64,000 bases of DNA from Yuukianura sp. NJ FZ-2021 (taxonomy: Eukaryota), in assembly GCA_046563655.1 (NCBI GenBank), contig CM102285.1, forward strand, positions 10,354,001 through 10,418,000. Reading direction: 5' to 3'. Below the pieces are notes generated by a model. The model searched no databases, had not been told where the DNA came from, and saw only the letters and a list, made by a program, of their open reading frames with translations. Below are positions 22,718 through 35,430 of the stretch, one piece after another (the stretch's first letter is position 1; each line of letters opens with the position of its first letter). The translations under genes were made by a program, and so were the position numbers.

Positions 22718-24092
22718 CTAGATTTTCAGATCATCAAAAAGAGCTGAGTCGATGCTAATACTCGATTCTGAAGAGCCCAACTCCTGAACATAAGCCAAAC
22801 TGGAGAAACTGGACCGAAGACTGGGCGTGATGTCTTCACTTTTTGCTAAAGGTGCAATTCTTGGCAATTTCTTTCCATAGCCATGTCCAGCAAAGTGACG
22901 TGCTTTGTAGTGGCTTTGTGTCACATGAAGTGGCAGTTCTGGAGTTGGGATTGGCGTAGGTGAATTCGATGCAAAAGATGAAGGAATACTTTTCTCATCT
23001 GAATCTTCTTCCTTCAACAGTAGTGACCCCTTGACCCTTCAATACAAAATAATTAACGTTGTAGCTAAAAATTAGACTTATACAGTGTAAATTAGCAGCA
23101 GAAGAGAGCTCAGATGACTTAAGTCATGCAATTAATAAGATCAAGATGAGTTACCACCAGCAAAATTGTACAAAGAGACACTAGAATATGAACATGTTAA
23201 AAACAACCCTGTTTTGAAAACTGATTTTCAAATTTTTGTAAAATTACATTGCAAATTTACCACACGTAGAAAAATACATGTGTGATCCTTAGCAGTATAA
23301 TTTGACATGGGACTGGGACATGTAATAAGTAATATCAAGATGGTTAGGTTTTCACTTGTTTGTATGAGATTTCAAGTAGTACTCGAGATTTAGCAAAATT
23401 TTGCACACCAAAGTTATCAGTAAATCACGACAAAGTATAAGTGTAAAGATCTAGAAATTGGTTTGTAATACGCAAAAAAAAGCAGCGTCGATCGTAAACG
23501 TTATGTTTCGGTGTAATCTCGTGTAAAATCTTCAAAGGACGTTAGGATGAAGTAGAATTCTTGGATCAGTGGGTCTAAAAAGCAAAGATCAAACAAAATG
23601 AGTTATCAATTAGTAATCATTCCAATCAAAATGCAGAGAAAGTTAAAAGTATAATAAGTAATTAAGCATAAATAAGCTTAAGAGCATTTAAGTTCAGCCA
23701 TAAATTCATTGTACAAAATCTAAAAAACTAAATCTTGCTTACCCTTCTTGATTGACAAATTCTTCCTCCTGAGCCTGAACAATTGGTTCACCAGTTTCTG
23801 GACAATCTTTGATTCGTGGTTTGAGTACTGTGAATCCTCGGCCTTTTCGTTCCCAGTACTTCCAGAAAACGACAAGTCCAATTCCAAAGATGACTAGGAC
23901 AATTCCAAAGATGAGTGGAATCCAAGATGGTGGATCTTCTGGAGCCAGGAGGGCCGTTAGAAAGACAATTCCACCAATTCCAATTGACACGGCCCCTATG
24001 ATAGGGAGTCCATACTTGGTAAATGTCGTGGTACCGTAGGCGGGTCGTCTAGTTTGGAACTCCACCGTAGTACTGTTGTATACATCAGGCAT
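22718..24092 (-). CDS. Small two-transmembrane protein of unknown family, with two possible terminal exons
   Basis: Exon 24092-23743 encodes two hydrophobic helices (LPIIGAVSIGIGGIVFLTALLA; WIPLIFGIVLVIFGIGLVVFW) and ends GG|gtaag. It joins in frame to either 23574-23532 or 23036-22718. Confidence 0.7.
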
Positions 24093-24644
24093 CTTCGTAG
24101 TTAGTTAAGATACTGAAGAGTAGTTAAATTGAATTGTCTGTCACTGACTTAAATGTGGTGACGCTTTAAGTTAAAGCTGACAAGTGACCTCTGACCTTGT
24201 GAAACGATGAAAGACTAAGCATAGATTAAAGATAATAGAAAAGAGAGAAAGTGATATTTTTAAAACACCTACACAAACAAGAAAACATTTGGTGTGAAAT
24301 GATCTTGGAAGTTTTGAAGTGGGGCGCGATAAGACGTGAGGATGAGTCATACACTGTAGCTTCAATAACAACACTACACATATTTCCTGCTTCCTGTTTC
24401 AATTAATCAATTAATGCTAACCAAACTCGTTTTGAATAACCAATGCCAAAATGAGTAAGAGAATTAAGCAACTTGACCTCACTTTACTTCGTATTTCAGG
24501 ACTTAGGCATGTTAAACTTTAACATCGGAAACTTTAAATTTTGCTTTCACCGCGAGAGAAAGTTAATGTTTGCAACGCACTGAGAAACTTAAATTATGGA
24601 AAAATCAAATTCTTTTTGCAAAGTAATTGGTTGACTGTACTAAA

Positions 24645-25295
24645 TTAGTATTTTGCTGAAGCCTCTCGGTAGTTCTGGTAGGACAAAAACGTTTCTCCCA
24701 TGTATACTGCTGAGTTGATGACAGCTAGAGCTCCCATTGCTATTCCAGCAGCCTGTGGATTGTGTTGCAGAAAATGATTCCCGGGAACAAATCTTAACCA
24801 GAATTGCATGCAGACGCCACCAGTAACCAGCCAAAGAATGGCTCCGACGAGGTTCATCAAAGTTTCCTGGGAGGAAGAACCGAGTACTGAAATTTTTTTC
24901 CCCCAATTTTCGGATACTTTCACCCTGACATCACTAACTCACCGTATTTGTAGAATCATGGGATTGTCGATCCAGGAAAATTGCAATGAGGCTGACCAAA
25001 TTGTAAATCAAAAAGCCAACGAACACACCCATGGCCAAACTCTCTGCGTCATGATTTTTGTTATAAGAAGCTCCAAGGAAATATCCCTCATCTCCATTTC
25101 GGTACAAAACGCAAACCACTATGTTCAAAACCTTAAAAAAAGTTAAGAGCAGTAGTAAGTAACTATTAAATTTGAAGTTGAAACCTGTAGTGAATTGCGT
25201 TTCTGATGCAAGCACAATTATAATTTTTGTTAAAATGAAACTTTTACCAATTTGATTAGCTTGGTGGCCGTTATTGCATGGTGTGAGATAGCCAT
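24645..25295 (-). CDS. Ssk: Snakeskin-like four-pass membrane protein (smooth septate junction)
   Basis: Three exons give MAISHHAITATKLIKL|VLNIVVCVLYRNGDEGYFLG...DAESLAMGVFVGFLIY...|ETLMNLVGAILWLVTGGVCMQFW...GIAMGALAVI. This matches remembered Drosophila Ssk blocks (LYRWGDGGEFLG, DAEIVASGVMVGFLIY, IMNVVG, VGIAMGSLCVI). Confidence 0.85.
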
Positions 25296-26767
25296 CGTTT
25301 TCGTGACAAATCTTCAGTAACTGAGCTGCGGGAGATGTACTTAAACTGGATTGTAATTAACTGAAGCCTTATAATTAGGAAATAACCTTGATTGATTTGC
25401 GGTCGCCTAATTGAATGTTAGTTTAGAATTTAAAAATACTGTGGAATTCACTTCAAGAGCAAGTTTCAAGTAATCACTGTGGATTAAGCAAGTTTGCAAC
25501 TGACGGAAACGACAGTTTGAATCTAATGAGTGACTAATATTGTGCGTATCTAGCGGAAGTAGGTGACTGATTTTAGCATCTAATGAAGCTGACGCACTAT
25601 TTGTGTCACAGTCACACCCAACAATTAGTTTGGATAGAAGAGGAAGCATTTTTAGCAAATAGTTCGGTGTCATATCAGTTTCCGATTCCTAATCTATGGT
25701 ATGAATCGCTCTAAAAATGTTTTCGGAATAGGCTTTTAATATAAGTCAAAAACAAGCCAGTCATGGCATAGTTTAGTCCAAATTTTAGCACCATCCAATA
25801 AACACATTGGTCTAATCACCTCTACAACCATTGTTTCATAGTTCATATCCCCTGAAGATTAGATTACACCGTTCCAAAAGCCTATTTACTGTTAAATGTC
25901 CACTGGGAAGGTGAAAATACAACAGCAAAGCTTAAAAAATTAGGATACACGGGGTTCCATAATATTCGTCACTGCATGTTCTGGGAAATTATGAGTTGAA
26001 CAACATATATTTACGGGTTCATAAATATCTTAACTGTTTGCGATAGCATGTACTAAATTTTGATAAAACACAATTGCGTTGTTTCGAAAATAATCCTCAA
26101 AAGAAAGCTTTTTTCTAAAAACTTTCACCTTTCCATATTTCCATACATTCGGCAAAAAAAGAGCTTTGCTTGCATTTTAAGTTAACGCTGGATTTAACAA
26201 AAATGATCTATAGTTGTTCGAATGCATGTAATTTTCAAAGTTGCAGATCTGGCTGAATGTCATTCAGAATTTACCTTAACTTGACTTACATCTGGACCAT
26301 GACTTGCAAAAGTTGTAAAATATTCAAAATTTGGCGTACGTAAAAAGCTGAAACGATTTAGAGTTACATCAACCGCCGTACCTTAGTACGTTCTCACTTC
26401 GGAACTTCATACTCTTCAGTATTTCTCAAGTAGAGTCGTTATGAAAATTTTAATAGTCATTTCCCCTCTCTCATGGCATCAACTGAGAATTTTGGCAAAA
26501 TTTCATACCTGTTGGGCTATCATATTTTTTGAAAGTGGGAGTTGAGTTATAATTCACTGAAATTAATTTGAGTTCATTGTGCACTCGCATGGACAGTGGA
26601 CGAAGTATTGCCTAAACTAATTTTCCTATAAAAAGTGGAAATAGTTCCAGTTAACCATGGTTTCCAGTGATAAATTCTAAATCATATACTACATGACTCT
26701 TTTTTTTTTAAATTTAAGTGCTGTAGTAAATCTTCGTTATCATTCCAGTCGTTACCGTAGCTTCATC

Positions 26768-28945
26768 ATGAAAACCTCTCGTACTCAGGCACTTTTGATC
26801 TTAGGGTTTGTCCATTCGGCTTTCTCTCTTTTTTCCCAGTGCAATCCGGATCAAAAATTTTCTAGTCGTCCGAACATTATTTTTATTGTTGCGGACGATG
26901 CTGTAAGAAATTTAGATTTACAACTTGTCAAAGTACGTTTCAAATTCAAAAGAATTTTAAGGAGTGGTTTTTGTAACAGGGCTGGAACGATTTCAGTTTT
27001 CATGGCTCTCCGCAAATTCCCACGCCAAATATTGACGCTTTAGCACTCAATGGGATTATTCTGAACAACTACTATGCGTCTCCACTTTGTACACCAACTA
27101 GAGGAGCCATCATGACAGGAAAACACCCGATTCACATTAGTTAGTTTACAAAACACAATGTTAAAATATCAATATTTACCAAATCCAATGCCAAATCTTT
27201 GAATTCAAACGATTCGTTTTTTAGAGCTTCAACACTATGTGGTCATGGGTGGGACAGAAGATGGCTTACCGTTGGAAGAGAAGCTTCTTCCGGAATACTT
27301 GAAAGAATTGGGGTACGCAACTCATCTTGTAGGAAAATGGCACTTGGGTCACGCCAGAAAAATTTACTCACCAACGTTTAGAGGATTCGATACGCATTTT
27401 GGTCATTGGCTTGGGATGCAGGATTACTACGATCATTTTTACAGGGAGGAAGGGGTCAGTCGCTAACATTAGCTTGAACCAATCGAGTAGTGCAAAGTGT
27501 ATCGTTATTTTCTATATGAATTAATTGTGCAACGTACAGTACAGCGGATTTTCAATTGTTAACAGCAATACGGATACGATCTAAGGCGGAACATGAGCGT
27601 CGACTTTGATAGCTTCGGAACTTATACGTAAAAGAGAAAACAAAATTTACTTGTAATGTTTCGAAATTAACTTTACAAAATTTGGTTTACATTTTAGCAC
27701 GGACTTATACACCAATGAAGCTGTCAAAATCATTGAAAATCATCCTACGGACACTCCGCTTTACTTGATGATTAACCATGTAGCGCCACATTCTGCGAAT
27801 CCGCATATGCCTCAGCAAGCTCCAGGGCCCAACATTGACAAATTCGAAGGCTCAATCAGTTATAGACCAAGGCGAACTTATGGAGGTTTTGTGTTTTTTA
27901 TTCTATAAATTGTTCTTGCATTGTTGAAATTTTGAATTTATTTTTCGAATTTGAACTAAATATACTCAACTTTTTACTTTCAGCAATGGTTGACAGGTTG
28001 GATGAATCTGTTGGAGATGTGATGGAGGCCCTTGCAAAGGCCGGAATGCTGGAAAACTCCCTAGTTATTTTCACCAGTGACAACGGTGGAGCTCCCGAAG
28101 GCTACAACAACAATTATGGATCCAATTGGCCACTACGAGGAGTTAAGAATAGCTTGTGGGAAGGTGGGACTCGCGTGGCTGGATTCATTTGGAACAGTTT
28201 CTTACCACAAAGAGTATCGATGGACATGATGCACGTCCAGGATTGGCTGCCAACCATTTTCGAAGCTGCTGGTGGCGATATGTCTCAGCTCAGAGGAATA
28301 GACGGCGTCAGCCAATGGGGAACGTTTCGAGGAACTTCGGAACCGGCTCGAACCGAGTTTTTGTATAATATTGATGATCGGAACAACAATTCTGCCTACC
28401 GCTCAGGACCATGGAAAGTTATTCAAGGTGAGTCTCACATTAAACTAACATTTCCATCGAAAATCAACTTCCTACTGACTTCTGTAGGTAACGTAACGAA
28501 TGATGATTTGGGTGGGGAACCATTCCAGTGGGATGGATGGTTTGGCCCAAGCGGGCGTTCAGATTCAACTTCCGTCCATGACTTGATTCCACAAATTGTC
28601 AACAGCAAGGCTGGAAAAGCGCTTAGCAGCGTCGGCATCGCCTTCAACAAGATAGACTTAAAGCGACAACAGGAACAGGCAGAGGTCAAATGTCAACAGC
28701 CAGAACACTACACTCCCTGTGACTCCTACACAAGCCCTTGCCTCTTTAACATTGACAATGACCCCTGTGAATTTAATAACTTGGCTTATGAGTATCCAGG
28801 GATTCTGAACGAACTACTAGAAGCCATTGTAACCATGAATGCGACAGCTCTACCTCCAATAGAAAGATTCTCTAATCCGATAGCGTTGCCTCAAAATTGG
28901 AATAATACTTGGACCAACTGGAAGGATCATATTTCACCAGAATAA
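26768..28945 (+). CDS. ARSB: Arylsulfatase B-like, copy 1; multi-exon
   Basis: Signal peptide; [34 protein letters not shown]; formylglycine motif [68 protein letters not shown]. Confidence 0.93.
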
Positions 28946-29480
28946 CATGTTTTATGATTTCAAGAGAAATTTCAACTTCATGCATTAAAAATTTTTTTCT
29001 GGAAAAGAGAAAGTGGTGCGCTACTTTCACCATTTACTAATCTTACACATTTCTTTACGGTGGCCTACATTTTGAGCAAAATTTGAATGAAGTTTAAAGT
29101 TTGAGTAAACTTTAACCTTAAACCAAAATTGTTCCAAAACGAGACAACTCGGACATTTGACTTAATCTTCACTTACTGCTGGAAGGTAATGATGCTAGTC
29201 TTCTTCAAACTCTAATGAAATGAGATACGAGCGTACGTTCTGGATGTCAACTTATCAAAATAAATGATAGAATTGACCTTCGCGGAAGAGCGTATAGGGT
29301 CACGGCACTTTCATGATTGAAGTAAATAGCTCTAAGAATCAACATAAGTCAGTAGGCCAAGATTGCTTTTCAAAATACGTAACTACAGTACTTCGCAACG
29401 CACACAACTACTTATAGTAGAAAAGTAATTTCTCCACATTTTGAAATTACTTGTTCATGAAATTTATTTTTCTGTTAATT

Positions 29481-31684
29481 ATGGCCTTCAAAAACGCCCT
29501 TATTTGGATTTTTGTTTTAATTCGACTTCCTACGGCTACATTTTCTTCGGATCCGGAGAAAAGTAAAGTTCCATTGCTACAATGCCAAGGCAGACCTAAC
29601 ATCATTTTTATTGTGGCAGACGATGCTGTAAGTTCATTGTACTGCATTTGAAGTGTTTCTGGTTAAAGTTTAAACCCAAATTTTAACAGAAAATCAGTTT
29701 TCAAACGTCAAAATTTCAATTTTTGGTTTTGGAGATCATTCAAAATCTGTCAAGTGGTTTGTTGTTTTAGGGCTGGAACGATTTCAGTTTTCATGGCTCT
29801 CCGCAAATCCCCACGCCAAATATTGACGCTTTAGCGCTCAGTGGAATCATTCTGAACAACTACTATGCTGCTCCACTTTGTACACCCACGCGGGGGTCTA
29901 TTATGACTGGAAAGCATCCGATCCACATCAGTACACGTTCATGTTCTGTTTTTCTTTTAAATTGCAAAGACTTTGACCATATCATATTGTAGAACTCCAG
30001 CACTATGTAATAACTGGCGGGATGGAGGGTGGGATACCATTGGAAGACAAGCTACTTCCGCAGTATTTGAAGGAATTGGGTTATTCGACCCACCTCGTGG
30101 GAAAATGGCACTTGGGTCATTCAAGACGCGTTTACACACCGACTTACAGAGGATTCGATACGCATTATGGAAATTGGCTTGGAGCACAAGATTACTATGA
30201 CCACTTCTACAAAGAAACGGTTAGAACTGAACCGGGCATTTGCCAACTCTTTTCAAACTCAAATGTTTGAATTTCTAAATTTTCTGACACCTTAGATGGG
30301 ATTTGGATACGATTTTAGAAAAAATATGGAGGTGGATCACGAAGGCTTCGGGGTGTACACGTAGCGTTACAATATTTTTATAATGCAGAATCAAAATCGA
30401 TTTAAAATGAAGTGTTTTGTTAACTTTTCAGAACAGACCTATACACAAACGAAGCAATTCGATTAATTCAAGCACATCCAAAGGATAAACCACTTTTTCT
30501 GATGATTAATCATATTGCACCTCATTCTTCCAATGACTATAATCCACTACAAGCCCCACCAGAAAATATTGACAAATTCGAAAACACGATTGACTTTCGA
30601 CCGCGACGAATTTATGCTGGTATCTCTTTCGGAAATTTCGAAATCAGCGTTCACCCAAAATTATGTTAAATTAGAAATTCAAACTTTCAGGAATGGTTGA
30701 CAGACTGGATGAATCCATTGGAGATGTAATTGATGCACTTGGAACTGCCGGAATGCTGGACAATTCTATTGTTGCGTTCACCAGTGACAATGGTGGGGCT
30801 GCCGAGGGCTACAACAACAATTATGCGTCCAATTGGCCACTAAGAGGCGTCAAAAACAGTTTGTGGGAAGGAGGTACTCGGGTGGCTGGATTCGTTTGGA
30901 GTAATTTCTTGCCGCAGAAAGTCTCCATGGACATGATGCACGTTCAGGATTGGTTGCCTACCATATTTGAAGCTGCCGGTGGGAATATGTCCAAGCTGGG
31001 CAACATTGACGGTGTAAGTCAATGGGGCGCTTTCCAGGGCAAGGGGAACGAAGATCAAGTTAGAACTGACTTCCTGTACAACATTGACGACAAATATAAC
31101 AATTCGGCATACCGATCTGGACCTTGGAAAGTTTTGCAAGGTTAAATCAAAAATGGGTGTGCTACATTAAGTTTTCCGGAGAAGTTCAAACGAAAATTTG
31201 CGTTTGTTTTGCAGGAAACGTCACAAGTTTGGACTTGGGTGCCAAATTTCACTATGATGGATGGTATGGACCCAGTGGCCGTTCAAACTCCACTTCCGTT
31301 CATCACTTGATCCCAAGAATCGTTAACAGCACAAGCGCAAAAGCACTTGCTAGGACAGGAGTGACCTTTGACCCTGTAAAGCTTCTGCTCCAGCAAACGG
31401 AAGCCGAGGTCAAATGTGACCTCCCGCTGGAGCGAGCAGTTTGTGACCCCTACAACAGTCCCTGTCTGTTTAACATTCTGGAGGATCCGTGTGAATTCAA
31501 CAATTTGGCTTCACAGTATCCCGAAATTTTAAATAGACTACTTTTAGCAATAGAAACGATTAATCAAACTGCGGTTCCACCGCTTAGTAGATTCGCTCAT
31601 CCAGAAGCAGCTCCACGATATTGGGGACATACTTGGACAAATTGGCAAGATCACATTACACAAAACATATCAAATTCACTCTAA
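29481..31684 (+). CDS. ARSB: Arylsulfatase B-like, copy 2 (tandem paralog); multi-exon
   Basis: Same exon structure and motifs as copy 1 ([61 protein letters not shown]), with a divergent signal peptide and divergent introns. Confidence 0.93.
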
Positions 31685-32199
31685 CTAATCGAATAAATCA
31701 CATTCTCAACATCACTTTGCTCAGTTAGAGTTAAAAAAGCTGAGGATTTAAAAACTATAACCAAACGCCGTATGAAAATTAATTATTTTCCTGCTTGGTT
31801 TTAGCAGGACATCAGAGCAATAAAATATAAAAATGTTAATACGGCGTGAGGAAATAGCTAAAGAATTAAATAAAATAGTATTCGTGGTTACCCACGAAAA
31901 ATTCAATTAAAAACATATAAGTTTGCTTACTTTTTCAAATCAATCCGTAAAATCAAAATCAGATTAAGTCACGGAATTTATACGAAAACAAAAAATTGAC
32001 AAGGGTAAACAAGACTTACGCAATTTTTTCTTTGCAAAATCCATAAAACATATAATGCATTAAAGAAATTTTAAAGTTACATTTTGTTATTTATTTTTTG
32101 CATCAAATTGCATAAACTATTGATCCGCAACTTGATCCGAGCGATAAAGTTAAAGAAATCGCTAAAAAGTTGCAATTTTAAAAGTTTTGTGATCAGTGG

Positions 32200-33500
32200 A
32201 ATTGGAAAGTGCGAGTGGGAATTTGGTAGAATTGAGATAGGGTCTTGTACAGCACGAAGAGAGACACCCCTCTTCTGCTTCGCGGCCAAAGGCAGTTGCG
32301 GGAAAAACAGTTGAGGTGGGCAATGGGCATGGAGCCTTTCTCGTCCGTACGATCCCCTTGCAGCTCCTGTCACTTTTGAAACAGGCTCCCCAACCTCGCC
32401 GTGTTAAATCTCTTTCACAAAATTTAAAAAATCAAAAACTTTAAAAATTCATAACTTTGGAATGAAAACCGATAAAAAGGTAAACTCTTCGGGGCTGAAC
32501 TCACAAAAACATGTACGATTTTATAAAATTTTAAAAGGCTATCCTAAAATTTTGAAAAAATTTTGAAAAAAAAATCATGGACTATAGTCCATGTTTTTTT
32601 TTTCGAAATCGTTTTTCGAAGATTTTCAAAAAGTTTGAAAATTCATATAGCCTTCTCAACTTTTTCAAATTTCAATAAAATTTTGATGATGCGTTTCTAA
32701 GTGGCAAACATTTTGGCACTACATTATGTGTGAAAATGTTTCGCAACATGGAGCGAGTGATGGAGTAGCATAAGTCTTTGCAAGATTGAAATTTTTAAAA
32801 TTTTCTAAAAGAGGAACAAATGATCAACTGCGCTTGTGTTTTCTGTTTTGCAAGTTTTTAAAGTCTTTTGCATGAGAGAGCAAAAAAGATATACCGTACA
32901 AACGTTTTTTATATCGAAATTTCAGAAAATTTTGAAGGTAAGATTACTTGTAAATTTTATGCGAAATTAAGTGTAAAGATATTTGCAAAGGAGATGTGTG
33001 TGATGTACTACCTGTGGACTTCAGTCGTAGAAAAGTACTAGCTGTGGAAATGAGCGTTCCAAGTTCAAGTTTCGGAAGAGTTTTTAACATGGGAGGCCTT
33101 TGACAGAGCAGAAAAGTAGACAGGGTATCATACGGCCCAAAGAGGCAGGTAGCCTCTCTCTGCTTTTTGGGTTTTTGTATGGGGAGGCCGCCAGCGGGAA
33201 AAAAGTTGAGGAAGGTGGGGAGGCTTTTTGAGTCGCCTAATCTCCGCATAGCTCCGGACACTTTTCAAGCAGGTTCCTCTGCCTCCAAATGGAAAATCTC
33301 TTTCCAAAAATTCAGAAACTTTAAAAATTCATATCTCTGAAACGCAATTCACTAAATTGCTAATTTCTTCACGACTGTTCTTAAAATAATACAAAGAATC
33401 TTTTCAACCTTTAAAACGAAAATCTAAAATTTGCGAATTTTCAGCAATATTCTTGTGGCATAGTCCATGGATTTTGTTTTCAAAATTTGCAAAACTTTGA
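32200..33500. repeat. Diverged direct duplication (~0.9-kb offset), probably transposon-derived, containing the palindrome catggactatagtccatg
   Basis: gggaaaaacagttgagg...agctcctgtcacttttgaaacagg...aatctctttc...aaactttaaaaattcata (about 32300-32455) recurs at about 33196-33333. The perfect 18-bp palindrome at 32576-32593 is echoed by atagtccatgg at about 33460. Confidence 0.6.
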
Positions 33501-35430
33501 ATTTTTGCATCAAATAACGCGAAATATTGGTTTGCAACGTGAGGTGAACGATGAACTATGAAGAAACTAGTGTTATTCTTTTCAAAAATTAGTTTATTTC
33601 TTTCAAAATTTTGAAACTAAAATGTTATTTGCAGTTATCATTGCTACAACAAGACGCCATACGAAAATTAATTAATTTCCTTCCTGATCTGTTGAATCAG
33701 AAATGAAGGGTTAGAATTTTAAATTTTTCGTCCGACAGGAAGAAACGGCAGAGAAGAACAATTTTTTAAAATGAAGACATTTTTGAATTTTTATCATTGC
33801 TTCGAAATACCTCCCATAAATGAAGCATGAAGCAAGCGATGCTCTGAACAGGGGCGGATTTAGAAACACATGAAGTTAATGGAAAACTCAAATTCTCCTT
33901 TTCTTTAAAAATTGTACATAAAGTGGATGAGGATGTTTCATTAATTAGTTTCCTTCTGAATAAAGAGCGACATAAAGGCATTAGATGGAAACTTAATCCC
34001 CAAAGTCAAGACAATTTCAGTTTTAATGTAAACCCAATCCGACACGTTTTAACACAACTTTTTAACTTTTACAGAATCATGTTTAAACTTAAAGTGGAGC
34101 ATAGCTCATGGCATTTGGATAGTTGTAAATCTACGTTAAGTAAATTTGCAAATTGCTAAATCGCAAAATCCTATCAAAGAACCAAGCTAGCACAACTTCA
34201 AGTTGCAAGAAGCTACAAAGTAATGCAGAGATTAATCTTTAACCTCCTACGCTTTCACTGTATCAATTCAATTTAGGCTTGTTTCAATCACACTATTGAT
34301 TCTTACAGGTACACAGTTAGTGTTTATACACAATATGCTAAAATATATCATTCAAAAATAAACTCCAAGTTTTTACAGTCTTGTCATAATAATTAATATA
34401 ATAACAGTGTAATATTAAGAATAACTAGTCTCAAGTAATGAAAAATTAAACTTATAATTAAAAAGATACAAGAGAAACGGGAGAACATGGGACGCTGGAC
34501 TTTCTTTTGAACAAACTTTTTAGTTTGCAAATTGCAAATTGCAATTCAAAATAGCCCAGTTATGCAAAGAAAAAATGAAAATAAATATCATCCACTTTAC
34601 AGCTTACTATCCGGAATAAGACAAAAATGTACAAACAAAGTGTATTACTAAAAGAGATACTTAAAAGCTATTTTGACTTCAAGCGCAATTTTCGCAAGTA
34701 AAAAAAAATCTAATGACAAATATAACTTTATGTTGAATAAAAAAACAGAGATGTAATATGTTTCAAACCAACTTGGCCTCACATAACGGTAACGGAGGTT
34801 CATCAAAGACGCTTAAACCACTCCCTCTTGTAAAAATAAACATGTACTGGAATAACATTAAAAGTTGAAATTAAGAGAACACAATTTACAGTTTACCGTA
34901 TTATCATAAAATATATCGTGACCAAAAATTCATTTAGCGAAACTCCGCGTTAAAGTTAAACAAGAATTTGGTGAGGCGCAATTAGTAACTTGAGTTAAAC
35001 CAAAAGAAAATTCTTGGAGCAGCAAAATATTACATGATTCACCGTATCTTCATACCATATTTTCAAAATGGTCTAACCTTGTTAACACAGTGGTTAACAG
35101 ATTTAACAGCTATATGTGATTGCAAACAGCATGTAAGTTAGTAGTAACGGTATGTAAACTAAATCGTAATGTTAACAGGGACATTGTAGAAACGAAAACG
35201 GTTTAAGCGATCTCACATCCAAAACGCCGGATCTCTCTGTCCGAAATTTACCCTCCAGCAGAAGGCAACGAATCCATTACTTAAGATCTTAAGAAAAACA
35301 AACAAAAGGTTACATGTTACCTTTAAGATTATGAATATTACCTAATAAGTAAACAATATAATAATAATTATAATTTGAAAAGAAAATTTCCCACTTCGTA
35401 AAATGTAATGATCAATGTCATTTTAAAGAG

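Noticed and set aside
26768..31684. Horizontally acquired bacterial sulfatases
   Set aside because: Intron-rich genes with animal ARSB-type motifs and the C-terminal Cys pattern.
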